This document shows positions 1 to 9,615 of a DNA stretch of 64,000 bases, piece by piece (the stretch's first letter is position 1; every line of letters starts with the position of its first letter). The translations under genes and the position numbers were made by a program. The notes under the pieces are model-generated. The model ran no database searches. It had not been told where the DNA came from and saw only the letters and a program-made list of their open reading frames with translations. Source of the DNA: Acidimicrobiaceae bacterium (lineage in GTDB: Bacteria; Actinomycetota; Acidimicrobiia; Acidimicrobiales; Bog-793). The stretch covers positions 25,703 through 89,702 of the forward strand of contig PLKG01000156.1 in the NCBI GenBank assembly GCA_003140595.1. Reading direction: 5' to 3'.

Positions 1-2
1 GG

Positions 3-869
3 TCGAAGAACAATGTGCACTGGGGCTACGCGGGCGCGCACCTGCACGGTTGGGCCCTGCTTTCGGCCGAGAGCACGATCATGACCGCGATCGGGATCGG
101 TTGGGGTTGCACCTGGTTCGCATACGCTTCGGATTACTCCCGGTTCCTGCCGAAGGCGATGTCGCGGTCCAAGGTCTTTGTTGCCAGCGTGCTCGGGCAG
201 TTCCTCCCGGTGGTCTGGCTCGGAATCTTCGGTGCGACTCTCGCCACCGTCACCCAGAAGGTCGACCCCGGCGCGCTGGTCGTGTCGAACTTCGGCATCC
301 TGGCGATCCCGGTATTGCTGCTCGTTTTGCACGGCCCGATCGCTACCAACATCTTGAACATCTACAGCTGCTCGTTGTGTGCGCAGACCCTGGACTGGAA
401 GCTCAACCGGCGCAAGATCGCGCTGCTGGTCGGCGCCATCGCGCTGGCGTTCACGATCGTCCTGGTCTTCCAGCAGAACTTCGCCAGCACACTGGACAGT
501 TGGCTGTCAGGACTGGTGATGTGGATCGCCCCGTGGGCGGCAGTGACATTGATCCACTTCTATTACTTCGCACGCCAAGAGGTGGATGTCGACCTGTTGT
601 ACGACCCACCCGGGCATTCCCGGATCGCCGATGTCCGCTGGTCGGCCATATTCTCGTTCGTTGCCGGCGCTGTCGCTGCTTGGTGCTTCGAGTACGGCGA
701 GGTCGGTTGGCTTATGGGCCCGGCCTCGACGGCTCTCCACGACGTGGACCTGACATGGCTCGTCGGCTCAGTAGTCGCAGGTGCGATTTACCTCGTGATC
801 GGCCGCCCCAGCAGGTCGTCATTGTTCTCGAAGACCTACACGCCACTTGCTGAGGAAGTCGGTGTGTGA
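3..869 (+). CDS. codB: NCS1-family cytosine/purine permease, 5' end outside the window
   Basis: The frame is open from the window edge to the TGA at 867-869. The product is a multi-pass hydrophobic protein. Its stop overlaps the start of the adjacent cytosine deaminase gene, the classic codBA arrangement. Confidence 0.7.
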   Translation, partial: SKNNVHWGYAGAHLHGWALLSAESTIMTAIGIGWGCTWFAYASDYSRFLPKAMSRSKVFVASVLGQFLPVVWLGIFGATLATVTQKVDPGALVVSNFGILAIPVLLLVLHGPIATNILNIYSCSLCAQTLDWKLNRRKIALLVGAIALAFTIVLVFQQNFASTLDSWLSGLVMWIAPWAAVTLIHFYYFARQEVDVDLLYDPPGHSRIADVRWSAIFSFVAGAVAAWCFEYGEVGWLMGPASTALHDVDLTWLVGSVVAGAIYLVIGRPSRSSLFSKTYTPLAEEVGV

Positions 870-2194
870 TGCAACTCGTGATCCGCAATGGCCGGCTGGC
901 TGTCCCTGGTGGTGTTCCGGAGGGTCTTGTCGACGTGCTCATCGAGGATGGCCGCTTCGTAGCTGTGGAGCGCGCCGGAGTCCGAGTCGGGGACCTAGAA
1001 CAGGAAATCGACGTGTGTGGGGCCATGCTCAGCCCGCCTTACGTCGAGCCACACGTGCACATGGACACGTGCCTGACTGCCGGTGAGCCACGCTGGAACG
1101 AGAGCGGCACGTTGTGGGAGGGCATTGCGTGCTGGTCGGAGCGCAAGGCGATGCTCACTCACGACGACGTTGTCACTCGTGTCAATGAGGTGTTGCGTTG
1201 GCAGGTCGCCAACGGCGTCCTGCACGTACGAAGCCATGTCGACACGACCGACCCGTCACTGGTGGCTCTCGATGCACTGATCGATGTCAGAGGGCGCGTG
1301 CGCGACGTGGTCAATCTCCAACTGGTGGCCTTTCCTCAAGAGGGCATCGTCTCATTCCCCGATGGTGACAAGCTGATCGCGGAGGCTGCCCGCCGTGGCG
1401 TCGACGCGATCGGAGCAATCCCACACTTTGAGGACACTCGCGACGACGGGGTGCGGTCCCTCGAAATCGCGGTCTCGACAGCGCTGGATGCAGGGCTGCT
1501 CATCGATGTGCACTGTGATGAGATCGACGATGAGCAGTCGCGCTTTGTCGAGGTGCTCGCCACACACGCGATGCGTACCGGTCTGCGGGGACGGGTAACG
1601 GCCAGCCACACGACAGCGATGGGTAGCTACAACGCCGCGTACAGCTACAAGCTGCAGCGGATCTTGTCGCGGGCCGGAATAAACCTGGTCTGCAACCCTA
1701 TGGTGAACCTCCACCTTCAGGGCCGCTTCGACGCCTATCCCAAGCGACGAGGGTTGACCCAGGTGAAGGAGATGCTCGGGGCCGGAGTCAACGTGGCATT
1801 TGGCCATGATGACGTGATGGACCCGTGGTTCCCGATGGGCACGGCCAACCCGCTCCAGGTTGCCCATGTCGGTGCACTGGCAACCCAGATGACCTCGCCG
1901 GCTCAGATCGCCGAGTGCTTTGCCATGGTCACCACTCGCGGGGCCGAGGCTCTCTCGCTGGGCGATTCCTACGGGATAGCGGTCGGCCGGCCTGCGAGCT
2001 TCATCGTGTTGCCGGCGACCGATCCGTTCGACGCCGTCCGGCGTCAGGTGCGACCGTGGTACGTCATTGCTCACGGCCGGGTCGTGGCCGAGACACCTCC
2101 CACGGCCGCCACTCTCACATGGCCTGGACAAGCCGCAGCGAAGATCGACTTCGTGCGTGACCGCGACGTCAGCCAGGCAACCTGGCCGCGCTGA
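866..2194 (+). CDS. codA: Cytosine deaminase (amidohydrolase superfamily)
   Basis: 442-aa ORF. It has the N-terminal metal-binding motif PPYVEPHVHMDT, later HCDE and GHDD motifs, and the usual length. It is translationally coupled to the upstream permease. Confidence 0.85.
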   Translation: MMQLVIRNGRLAVPGGVPEGLVDVLIEDGRFVAVERAGVRVGDLEQEIDVCGAMLSPPYVEPHVHMDTCLTAGEPRWNESGTLWEGIACWSERKAMLTHDDVVTRVNEVLRWQVANGVLHVRSHVDTTDPSLVALDALIDVRGRVRDVVNLQLVAFPQEGIVSFPDGDKLIAEAARRGVDAIGAIPHFEDTRDDGVRSLEIAVSTALDAGLLIDVHCDEIDDEQSRFVEVLATHAMRTGLRGRVTASHTTAMGSYNAAYSYKLQRILSRAGINLVCNPMVNLHLQGRFDAYPKRRGLTQVKEMLGAGVNVAFGHDDVMDPWFPMGTANPLQVAHVGALATQMTSPAQIAECFAMVTTRGAEALSLGDSYGIAVGRPASFIVLPATDPFDAVRRQVRPWYVIAHGRVVAETPPTAATLTWPGQAAAKIDFVRDRDVSQATWPR

Positions 2195-2323
2195 GTGACA
2201 TGAGGCGCCGGGGGAGTCCGAGTCATCTCCTCCGGCGCCAGTCGTAGGCGGCACGCGTGTGACATATGTCATCGGCAAGTTGTGAGGCTGCACGCTGCCC
2301 GGAGATCCTGCCAAGGTTGAACC

Positions 2324-2866
2324 ATGGCCATCGCGAACGATCACCGGGACGGCATTCGTCTTTCTCACCTGACCAAGTCCTACGGTGAACTGCGGGCGGC
2401 ACGGGGGATAGATGTTGCGATTGCCCCTGGAGAGACCTGGCGCCCCTCGGGCCAAATGGTGCGGGAAAGACGACCACGATCGACATGGTGCTCGGGCTCA
2501 CTCGACCGGACACCGGAACGGTCTCGGTGTTCGGCTCGTCGCCCGCTGAGGCCGCGAAGGCCGGGGCCGTCGGCGCAATGCTCCAGACGGGACCGCTCGT
2601 CCAGTTCCTGAGTGTCCGCGAGCTCCTCACAATGGTCGCGTCGCTCTACCCTCATCCACTCGAGCTGAACGACGTACTTCGTCTCACCGGCACCGCAGAA
2701 CTCGCCGATCGGGCGACGACGAAGCTCTCGGGCGGCCAGACCCAGCGCGTCCGTTTTGGCCATCGCGCTGGTTGCCGATCCGGATCTGCTCGTGCTGGAC
2801 GAGCCGACGGCGGCCCTCGACGTCGAGGGGCGTCGTGAGTTCTGGCCCGCGATCCGTGCGCGGCCG
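2324..2866 (+). pseudogene. Decayed ABC transporter ATP-binding gene with two frameshifts and a 3' truncation
   Basis: The N-terminus (LTKSYG..PGE) is in one frame. Walker A (LGPNGAGKTTT) through the signature motif (LSGGQTQRV) lies in a second frame. Walker B (LLVLDEPTAALD) is back in the first frame. An apparent 1-nt loss near 2437 and a 1-nt gain near 2758 explain this. The H-loop and C-terminal part are absent after about 2866. Confidence 0.8.
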
Positions 2867-3213
2867 AGAAGGAGAACAGCCCGGCGAAGTGGATGTAGGC
2901 ATGATGAGCAGGGCGCGCCCCGGACGAGGCCGAGAAGCACCCGGAGGTCGCTGGCGGTCTGCAGGACCCGGGTGAAGCCGTCGATCATGGGCCCTTCTCG
3001 CGCCCTGGGGTTGGTCTCAACTCGGCGGGCACCTTGGACTTGCTCATTTCGGCGCACTACAATCCGACCACTCGCGGAGGCGGCGCTCCCTGGGAGATGC
3101 GGCGATTGTCTGGTCTTCCTGGCCGAGGCCGCGGGATCGGCGCCCAAACCCGTGTCGGACGTGATCACCACGACGGCATCGGGACCGGCGAAAGCGCTAG
3201 CAAAGGGGGCTTT

Positions 3214-4818
3214 ATGCACCGAGACCGAGGTTTCAAGAGATCAGCTATCGGATGGTTGATCGGGGTGACCGCCGCGGCGGTGCTCGTTGTGCCCGTGGCA
3301 GTCGCGGCAGGCTCGAGTGGCGCGGCCACGTCGGTGTCCCACAGCAAGATCCCGAACGCGACGGTCATCTTGGGAACGACGGACCGGATCGTCTCTGCGG
3401 ACCCGGCAGGCTCCTACGACCTGCCGTCGTGGACGATCATTTACAACGTCTACCAGACGCTGGTCAAGTACGTGCCCTACACGACGACGATCGTCCCCGA
3501 CGCCGCGACATGCGCGTGGCACGGCACGACGACATACGTCTGTATCGTCAAGCCCAAGCAGTACTTCTCGAACGGCGATCCCGTGACCGGCGCGGACGTC
3601 GCGTACTCCTTCAATCGCGTCCTCAAGATCAACAGCCCGCAGGACCCAGGGGCCCTGATCACCGCGATGAAGAGCGTGACGGCGTCAGGGAACACTGTCA
3701 CGTTCAAGCTGAAGGCCCCCGACTCGGTGTGGCCGGCCGTGTTGACGACCGGCGTGGGAGCGATCGTCGACCAGAAGGTGTATCCGTTCGCCAAGCTCCA
3801 GCCCGACGCGAAGATCATCGGGTCCGGCCCGTACGAGCTCAAGACGTACACACCCAACCAGTTGGCCGTGTTCGTGCCGAACCCGCACTACGGCGGCAAC
3901 GACGTCCTGCACAACAGTGAGTTCATCATCCGCTACGAGGAGAGCGCGACGACACTCGTCTCCGACGAGCAGCAGGGCGCCATCGACATCGCCTACCGTG
4001 AGCTGACCCCGACCCAGCTTGAGGCGCTCGGGCACTCGAGCGGCGTCAAGATAGTTGTGGGCAAGGGCCTCGAGATCCGCTACATCGTTTTCAACGAGAA
4101 GATCCAGCCTGGCGCGAACCCAGCGCAGAAGCTTGCGGTCCGTCAGGCAGTGGCGTACCTGGTCAATCGGGCCTCGATCGCGAAGTACATCTACAAGGGG
4201 ACGGTCAAGCCCCTGTACTCGATCATCCCCGACGCGCTGGAGGGGCACATCAACTCGTTCTCCGATGTGTACGGGGCATCCCCCAACCTCGCGAAGGCGA
4301 AGTCCGTGCTCAAGGCTGCCGGCGTGGCGACGCCGGTCAAGTTCACCCTCTGGTACAACACGAACCACTACGCGGACACCGACATGGCGACCGAGCTGCA
4401 ACGTGAGCTCAACGCGTCCGGCCTGTTCAACGTCTCGCTCCAGTCGGCCGAGTGGACCACCTACACCCAGGCAGCCGACACGGACCAGTACGGGGTCTTC
4501 TTGTTCGGCTGGTTCCCCGACTACCCCGACGCGGACGACTACACGGGCCCCTTCTACTTCTGCAACCAGGAGTTCATGCACGACCACTACTGCAGTACGA
4601 AGGTGGACTCGCTCATCTTGCAGGAAGAGGCGTCGGCGGTCCCGTCGGTCCGTGACAAGGCGTTCGCGCAGATCCAGATGCTGACCGCGCAGAACCCGTC
4701 GCTCGTCCCGCTCTGGCAAGGCGGCCAGATCGCCGCAACTCGCGACAACGTGACCGGAGTCCAGTCGACGCTCGATGCGTCGTACACGTTCCGGTTCTGG
4801 CTCGTCGGGAAGTCCTAA
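3214..4818 (+). CDS. Peptide/nickel ABC transporter substrate-binding protein (family 5)
   Basis: The ATG at 3214 precedes a signal/TM segment (IGWLIGVTAAAVLVVPVAVAAG). Size and sequence look like a family-5 substrate-binding protein, and it is followed by DppBCDF-type genes. The ORF-track extension back to 3034 is probably not translated. Confidence 0.8.
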   Translation: MHRDRGFKRSAIGWLIGVTAAAVLVVPVAVAAGSSGAATSVSHSKIPNATVILGTTDRIVSADPAGSYDLPSWTIIYNVYQTLVKYVPYTTTIVPDAATCAWHGTTTYVCIVKPKQYFSNGDPVTGADVAYSFNRVLKINSPQDPGALITAMKSVTASGNTVTFKLKAPDSVWPAVLTTGVGAIVDQKVYPFAKLQPDAKIIGSGPYELKTYTPNQLAVFVPNPHYGGNDVLHNSEFIIRYEESATTLVSDEQQGAIDIAYRELTPTQLEALGHSSGVKIVVGKGLEIRYIVFNEKIQPGANPAQKLAVRQAVAYLVNRASIAKYIYKGTVKPLYSIIPDALEGHINSFSDVYGASPNLAKAKSVLKAAGVATPVKFTLWYNTNHYADTDMATELQRELNASGLFNVSLQSAEWTTYTQAADTDQYGVFLFGWFPDYPDADDYTGPFYFCNQEFMHDHYCSTKVDSLILQEEASAVPSVRDKAFAQIQMLTAQNPSLVPLWQGGQIAATRDNVTGVQSTLDASYTFRFWLVGKS

Positions 4819-4828
4819 CCAGCTCATC

Positions 4829-4863
4829 CCCAGGGGTCAGGCGCTGGGCGCCTGACCCCTGGG
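4829..4863 (+). terminator. Perfect 16-bp stem / 3-nt loop hairpin between the substrate-binding protein and permease genes
   Basis: CCCAGGGGTCAGGCGC-tgg-GCGCCTGACCCCTGGG lies 11 nt after the stop codon. There is no clear U-tract, so it may act as an mRNA stabiliser or partial terminator rather than a full terminator. Confidence 0.55.
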
Positions 4864-4893
4864 CAGACCGGGTTTCGAGAAGGGCGCTCAGGT

Positions 4894-5922
4894 TTGTCGT
4901 CGTCGAAGGGATCGCTCCGCGGCTACATCATCACACGGCTGATCCTCGTCATCCCGATGGTCTTCATCCTGTTGACCCTCGTCTTCCTCCTGATGCGCGT
5001 CGCTCCCGGCAATCCGATCCTGGCGGCACTCGGAGGTCACCTCTCTCCTGCCCAGCTCGCGGTCCGTGAACGGATCGGAGGCTACGACAAGTCGCTCATC
5101 GTCCAGTACGGCGAATACTTGAAACAGGTCGTGACAGGGCACCTGGGCACCACCCTCACCGACCACCGTCCTCTCACGCAGGTGATCGCGCAGAACGGGG
5201 CGGCCACGCTCGAGCTCACGGTGGCGGCAATGTTTGTCGCTCTCATCGTCGGCGTCCCGCTCGGAATGCTTGCCGGCCGGAGGCGGGACAGCTGGCTCGA
5301 CACCGGGGCAAGGGTCTTCGGGATCGTCATCTACGCAGCGCCGGTCTTCTTCCTCGGCCTGCTCGCCCAGTTGTTGTTCGGTCACATCCTCAATTGGCTC
5401 CCGACATCGAGCGAGTCGGGCGTCCTCGTCCAGGCGAATCTCACGCCGCACACGAACATCCTCATCATCGACGCGATGATCGACGGGCAGTGGGGTGACA
5501 TCCCTGACCTGCTCGCACACCTTGTGCTGCCGGCGGCGACGCTCGGTCTCGTCATCTCCGGGGTCATCCTGCGGCTCGTGCGGGTGAACGTGATCCAGAC
5601 GATGAAAGGTGACTACATCGAGGCCGCCCGAGCCCGCGGGCTGAAGGAGCGGTCCGTAGTCGTCCGGCACGCCTTCCGCAACGCCCTCGTTCCGATCGTG
5701 ACCGTCACCGGATTGCAGGCGGCGCTGCTTCTCTCGGGAGCGGTTCTCACTGAGGAGACGTTCAACTGGCCGGGGATCGGCAGCGAGCTCATCTTCTACC
5801 TCGAGGCCCGCGACTACATCGCGGTACAGGGGATCATCACGGTCTTCGCTCTGGCGGTGGTCGCGATCAGCCTCCTAATCGACCTCATCAACGCGTGGAT
5901 CGACCCGAGGGTGCGCTACTGA
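4894..5922 (+). CDS. Peptide ABC transporter permease (DppB/OppB-like)
   Basis: 342-aa multi-pass protein with the typical N-terminus (YIITRLILVIPMVF) and an EAA-like region (YIEAARARGL). The alternative start codon is uncertain. Confidence 0.8.
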   Translation: MSSSKGSLRGYIITRLILVIPMVFILLTLVFLLMRVAPGNPILAALGGHLSPAQLAVRERIGGYDKSLIVQYGEYLKQVVTGHLGTTLTDHRPLTQVIAQNGAATLELTVAAMFVALIVGVPLGMLAGRRRDSWLDTGARVFGIVIYAAPVFFLGLLAQLLFGHILNWLPTSSESGVLVQANLTPHTNILIIDAMIDGQWGDIPDLLAHLVLPAATLGLVISGVILRLVRVNVIQTMKGDYIEAARARGLKERSVVVRHAFRNALVPIVTVTGLQAALLLSGAVLTEETFNWPGIGSELIFYLEARDYIAVQGIITVFALAVVAISLLIDLINAWIDPRVRY

Positions 5923-7964
5923 TGGCGACGACTCTGCTTCCCGACGAGTTCGAGTCCGGCGTCGCGTCGCGGACAGGTAGCGGCGAGGGGCGACTACGCG
6001 GCCTACACCGCGCTTTCGCGCCGCTGATAGCGGTCCGCGGACTGCCCCGGTGGCTCTTCTGGACGGGAGCGACGATCACGCTGTTCTTTGTCGTCCTCGC
6101 CGTCTTCGCCCCTGAGATTGCTCCATACGGCTTCAACCAGTACATCGCGCACGGCATCCGGTTCCCCCAGCAAGCCTCGCCGTCGGGTGCCCACTGGTTG
6201 GGGACGACGGTCGTTTCCGAGGACGTCTACTCCCGTGTGATCTTCGGGGCGCGCACTTCGATCGAGGTCGTAGTGCTCGCTCTCATGTTCTCCGTCGTGA
6301 TCGGTGTCCCCCTCGGCCTTGTCTCGGGGTACTTCGGGGGATGGCTCGACCGGCTCCTCGTGCTGATCAACGACTCGATCTTCGCCTTTCCTTATCTGCT
6401 CTTGGCGATCGTGATCGCATTCCTCCTTTCGACATCGGTCGGAGGCGGGGTGTTGACCGCGGCCATCGCTATCACGGTCGTATACATTCCGCAGTACTTC
6501 CGCGTCGTGCGCAACACGGTGCTCTCGGTGCGCGAGGAGCCGTACGTCGAAGCCGGCCGCGCGCTCGGCGCCAAGCCGAGAACCGTCATCCGCCGCTATG
6601 TGTTCGCCAACGTGGTCCACTCGGTCCCCGTCGTCGCGTCTCTGAACGCGGCCGATGCGATCCTTACCCTGGCAGGACTGTCGTTCCTCGGCATCGGGAT
6701 GGACCCTTCGGTCGCCGCCGAGTGGGGCTACGACATCTCTCGCGGGGTCTCCGACGCTCAGGCCGGCTTCTGGTGGACCGGTCTCTTTCCTGGGCTCGCC
6801 GTCATCCTCCTCGTCACGGGCCTCACGCTCGTCGGCGAGGGGATCAACGACACCTTCAACCCACTACTGCGCCGGCCGAACCATCGCCGGTTCGCGATGC
6901 CCAAAGATGTCCGGGAGGTCACCACCGTGGCCGTCGAGACGGAACACGCCGTCGTGCGCGTCCGGGACCTCAGGGTGTGGTACGCGACGGACCGGGGCCC
7001 GGTGCGCGCCGTCGACGGGGTGAGCTTCGAGATCCAAGAGCGCGAGACACTCGGCCTGGTCGGCGAGTCCGGCAGCGGCAAGTCGACCCTGGGTCGCGGG
7101 ATTATGGGCCTGTTGCCGGTGGGCGCCATCCGGGACGGGTCCGTCGATTTCGAAGGGCGCGATCTCGTGAAGGCCACGCCGCAGGAGATGCGACGCCTTC
7201 GCGGACCCTCGATCGGCCTGGTGTTCCAGGAGCCGATGACCAGACTCGACCCGCTCATGCGGATCTCGGATCACTTCGCCGAAGCCCTGCACACCCACGA
7301 GCCCGACATTTCCGACGCCGAGATCCGCCGGCGCTCACTCGAGGCGCTCGGCGGAGTGCGCATCCCGCCAACGCGCTTTCGCAACTATCCGTACGAGTTC
7401 TCGGGCGGCATGCGACAGCGGATAATGATTGCCCTTGCGCTCGTGCTCAAGCCGCGATTCGTAATCGCCGACGAACCGACGACTGCTCTCGACGTATTGG
7501 TTGAGGCCCAGATCCTCTCGATCATCGCCGACCTGAAGAACAACTTCGACACGGCGTTGCTGCTCATCACGCACAACCTCGGTATCGTCGCCGAGTCGTG
7601 CGACCGGGTCGCGGTCATGTACGCGGGGCGCATCGTCGAACAGGGCGCCGTCGTCGATATCTTTTCCCGCCCCGAGCACCCTTACACCCAGGAGCTCATG
7701 CGCTCGACGATCTCGCTGTCGACGCGGAAGCTCCACTACATCCCGGGTGCGCCACCCGATCTGGTGGCGCCGCCCTCCGGTTGCCGGTTCCACCCACGCT
7801 GCCCGTACGCGATGGAGGTCTGCCGGGCGAAGGAGCCGGTGGGTGTCGAAGTGAGGCCGAGCCACCTCGCCGAGTGCTGGCTCCATGGTCCCGAGAACGA
7901 GATCCCACCCGACGGTCGTCGCCCACTAGAGCGCGAGGAGATCGGCATTGCAGACGAAGCCTGA
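5922..7964 (+). CDS. Fused peptide ABC permease (DppC-like) and ATP-binding (DppD-like) protein
   Basis: The ATG overlaps the upstream stop (ATGA). The N-terminal ~330 aa are hydrophobic and permease-like. The C-terminal half has Walker A GESGSGKST, signature FSGGMRQR, Walker B VIADEPTTALD, and a 4-Cys C-terminal motif (CRFHPRCPYAMEVC...C). Confidence 0.85.
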   Translation: MATTLLPDEFESGVASRTGSGEGRLRGLHRAFAPLIAVRGLPRWLFWTGATITLFFVVLAVFAPEIAPYGFNQYIAHGIRFPQQASPSGAHWLGTTVVSEDVYSRVIFGARTSIEVVVLALMFSVVIGVPLGLVSGYFGGWLDRLLVLINDSIFAFPYLLLAIVIAFLLSTSVGGGVLTAAIAITVVYIPQYFRVVRNTVLSVREEPYVEAGRALGAKPRTVIRRYVFANVVHSVPVVASLNAADAILTLAGLSFLGIGMDPSVAAEWGYDISRGVSDAQAGFWWTGLFPGLAVILLVTGLTLVGEGINDTFNPLLRRPNHRRFAMPKDVREVTTVAVETEHAVVRVRDLRVWYATDRGPVRAVDGVSFEIQERETLGLVGESGSGKSTLGRGIMGLLPVGAIRDGSVDFEGRDLVKATPQEMRRLRGPSIGLVFQEPMTRLDPLMRISDHFAEALHTHEPDISDAEIRRRSLEALGGVRIPPTRFRNYPYEFSGGMRQRIMIALALVLKPRFVIADEPTTALDVLVEAQILSIIADLKNNFDTALLLITHNLGIVAESCDRVAVMYAGRIVEQGAVVDIFSRPEHPYTQELMRSTISLSTRKLHYIPGAPPDLVAPPSGCRFHPRCPYAMEVCRAKEPVGVEVRPSHLAECWLHGPENEIPPDGRRPLEREEIGIADEA

Positions 7965-9258
7965 TCCTGCGGCTCCCGCTCTCCTCGACGTCCGCAATCT
8001 CAACGTTCATTTCGCGCTCCGGGGGAGCTTTTTGCAGCGGATGCTCGGCCGTGACACCGGGTCGGTGAAGGCGGTCGATGGCGTCACCTTCACGCTGCAG
8101 CGTGGCGAGGTGTTGGGCCTCGTCGGCGAGTCCGGGAGCGGGAAGACGACGCTTTCGCGTGCCGTGCTCTCGCTCGTCAAGGTCACGGGTGGGTCGATCG
8201 CCCTGAACGGACAGACGATTTCCGGGCTGTCCGAGCGGCAATTCCGGCCGCTGCGCAAGCGGCTCCAGCTCATCTTCCAGGACCCGCATGCCTCGCTCAA
8301 CCCGGCGATGCCGATTCTCGACGCCGTCGGCCACCCGCTGCGGATTCACCACATCGCGAAGAGCGACGACGAGGTCCGTCGTCTCGTGTCCGAGTCTCTC
8401 GAACGGGTCGGCCTCGTGCCCGTTGAGCGGTTCCTGCGCAAGTACCCGAGCGACCTCTCGGGTGGCCAGAAGCAGCGCGCCGTTCTAGCCCGCGCCATCA
8501 TCCTCGGACCGGAGCTCGTCATCGCCGACGAGCCGGTCTCGATGCTCGACATGAGCGTACGCGCCAAGGTGCTCGAGTTGATGGGGAACCTCAAGCGCGA
8601 TCTCGGCCTCACCTATCTCTACGTCACTCATGACCTCGCGACCGCACGATATTTCTGCGATCGCATCGCGATCATGTACCTCGGAAGGATCGTCGAGATC
8701 GGCTCCGCGGCCGAGATATACACAAATCCCCGCCATCCCTACACCAAGGCGCTGCTCGAGGCGATCCCCGAGCCAGACCCGAGCCACCATGTGCCGCGTG
8801 ACCTTCCCAGGGGCGAGGTACCTGACGCCGCAATCCCGCCGCTTGGCTGCTCGTTCCACCCGCGCTGCCCGAGAGCCTTCGCGCCGTGCGGTTGGGAGAG
8901 CCGTGATCTGCGCCTGATGCTCGATGAACGGTGGGCGACGCTGACTCCTGACGAGTACCTCCGCGAGCGTGCAATCGTCGGCGATCTCAAGGACCTCGAC
9001 TCGCCGACAACTGAGGCCCATATCCCTGCTGCGAAGGGGCACGCAGCAGCCGAGCTGACTGCCCTCCTCGCCGAGTTACGGAGCTCGACGCCCGAGGACC
9101 CGTTCTGGCGAGGGGTCGTGTCGGTTGAGCCGCAGGCCAATGGCGTCACAGTTCGGTTCCACGACCATGTCACGCCTGAGCTGCAGCTGGTCCCCGACAC
9201 CGTTGAACCGGTGGAGGTCGCGTGCCACCTCTATCGACCGGATCTCGCGTCGCACTGA
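7948..9258 (+). CDS. Peptide ABC transporter ATP-binding protein (DppF/OppF-like) with a C-terminal insertion
   Basis: Walker A GESGSGKTT, signature LSGGQKQR, Walker B VIADEPVSMLD and the HPYTKALL motif are present. There are about 110 aa between the third and fourth conserved Cys. The start is a TTG at 7948 and is uncertain. Confidence 0.8.
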   Translation: MQTKPDPAAPALLDVRNLNVHFALRGSFLQRMLGRDTGSVKAVDGVTFTLQRGEVLGLVGESGSGKTTLSRAVLSLVKVTGGSIALNGQTISGLSERQFRPLRKRLQLIFQDPHASLNPAMPILDAVGHPLRIHHIAKSDDEVRRLVSESLERVGLVPVERFLRKYPSDLSGGQKQRAVLARAIILGPELVIADEPVSMLDMSVRAKVLELMGNLKRDLGLTYLYVTHDLATARYFCDRIAIMYLGRIVEIGSAAEIYTNPRHPYTKALLEAIPEPDPSHHVPRDLPRGEVPDAAIPPLGCSFHPRCPRAFAPCGWESRDLRLMLDERWATLTPDEYLRERAIVGDLKDLDSPTTEAHIPAAKGHAAAELTALLAELRSSTPEDPFWRGVVSVEPQANGVTVRFHDHVTPELQLVPDTVEPVEVACHLYRPDLASH

Positions 9259-9615
9259 TGGGGCGCGCCCGGCGAGGCACCCGGTTTCGCTGCGGCTGGC
9301 CAACCGCACGGCCGCAGGACATCGTCTTGCCGACCATAAATCACTATTCGGCGTTCCGGCCGCCCTGGTCGATGTTGCCGCGGGCATCTCAGGTCCGCGC
9401 TCTGTCGCTCGTGATGACGGAGTCCGCCGGCAGGCTGCCACCTGACTGACAAGAAGACAGCCTTAGCGGACAGGCCAGGAGCAGGCACATCCGGGTCGGT
9501 TCCGCGGATTACCCTGGCCACGGCGGGTTATGGCTACGTGTAGACATGATCAAGTCGCGTTGGTCGCGCGATGGTCGCGCGCGAGCCACGTCGTCGCTGA
9601 CCGGGAGGACGCTAT

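Noticed and set aside
1352-2455. 367-aa minus-strand ORF.
   Set aside because: It is antisense to codA, has an Arg/Gly/Pro-rich composition and no recognisable motifs.
3685-4827. 380-aa minus-strand ORF.
   Set aside because: It is antisense to the substrate-binding-protein gene and has a shadow-ORF composition (Arg/Asp/Val/Leu-rich, no motifs).
9442-9453. The 12-mer CTGACTGACAAG, shared between the intergenic regions at 9442-9453 and 35147-35158.
   Set aside because: A single shared 12-mer in a 64-kb window, counting both strands, is expected by chance many times over. The flanks are not similar.
9259-9615. 357-bp intergenic region, examined for a riboswitch, small RNA or small ORF. The 96-aa minus-strand ORF at 9231-9521 lies here.
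   Set aside because: I could see no conserved riboswitch-like structure or terminator. The ORF is Arg/Pro/Gly-rich with no start context. A covariance-model scan would be needed to say more.
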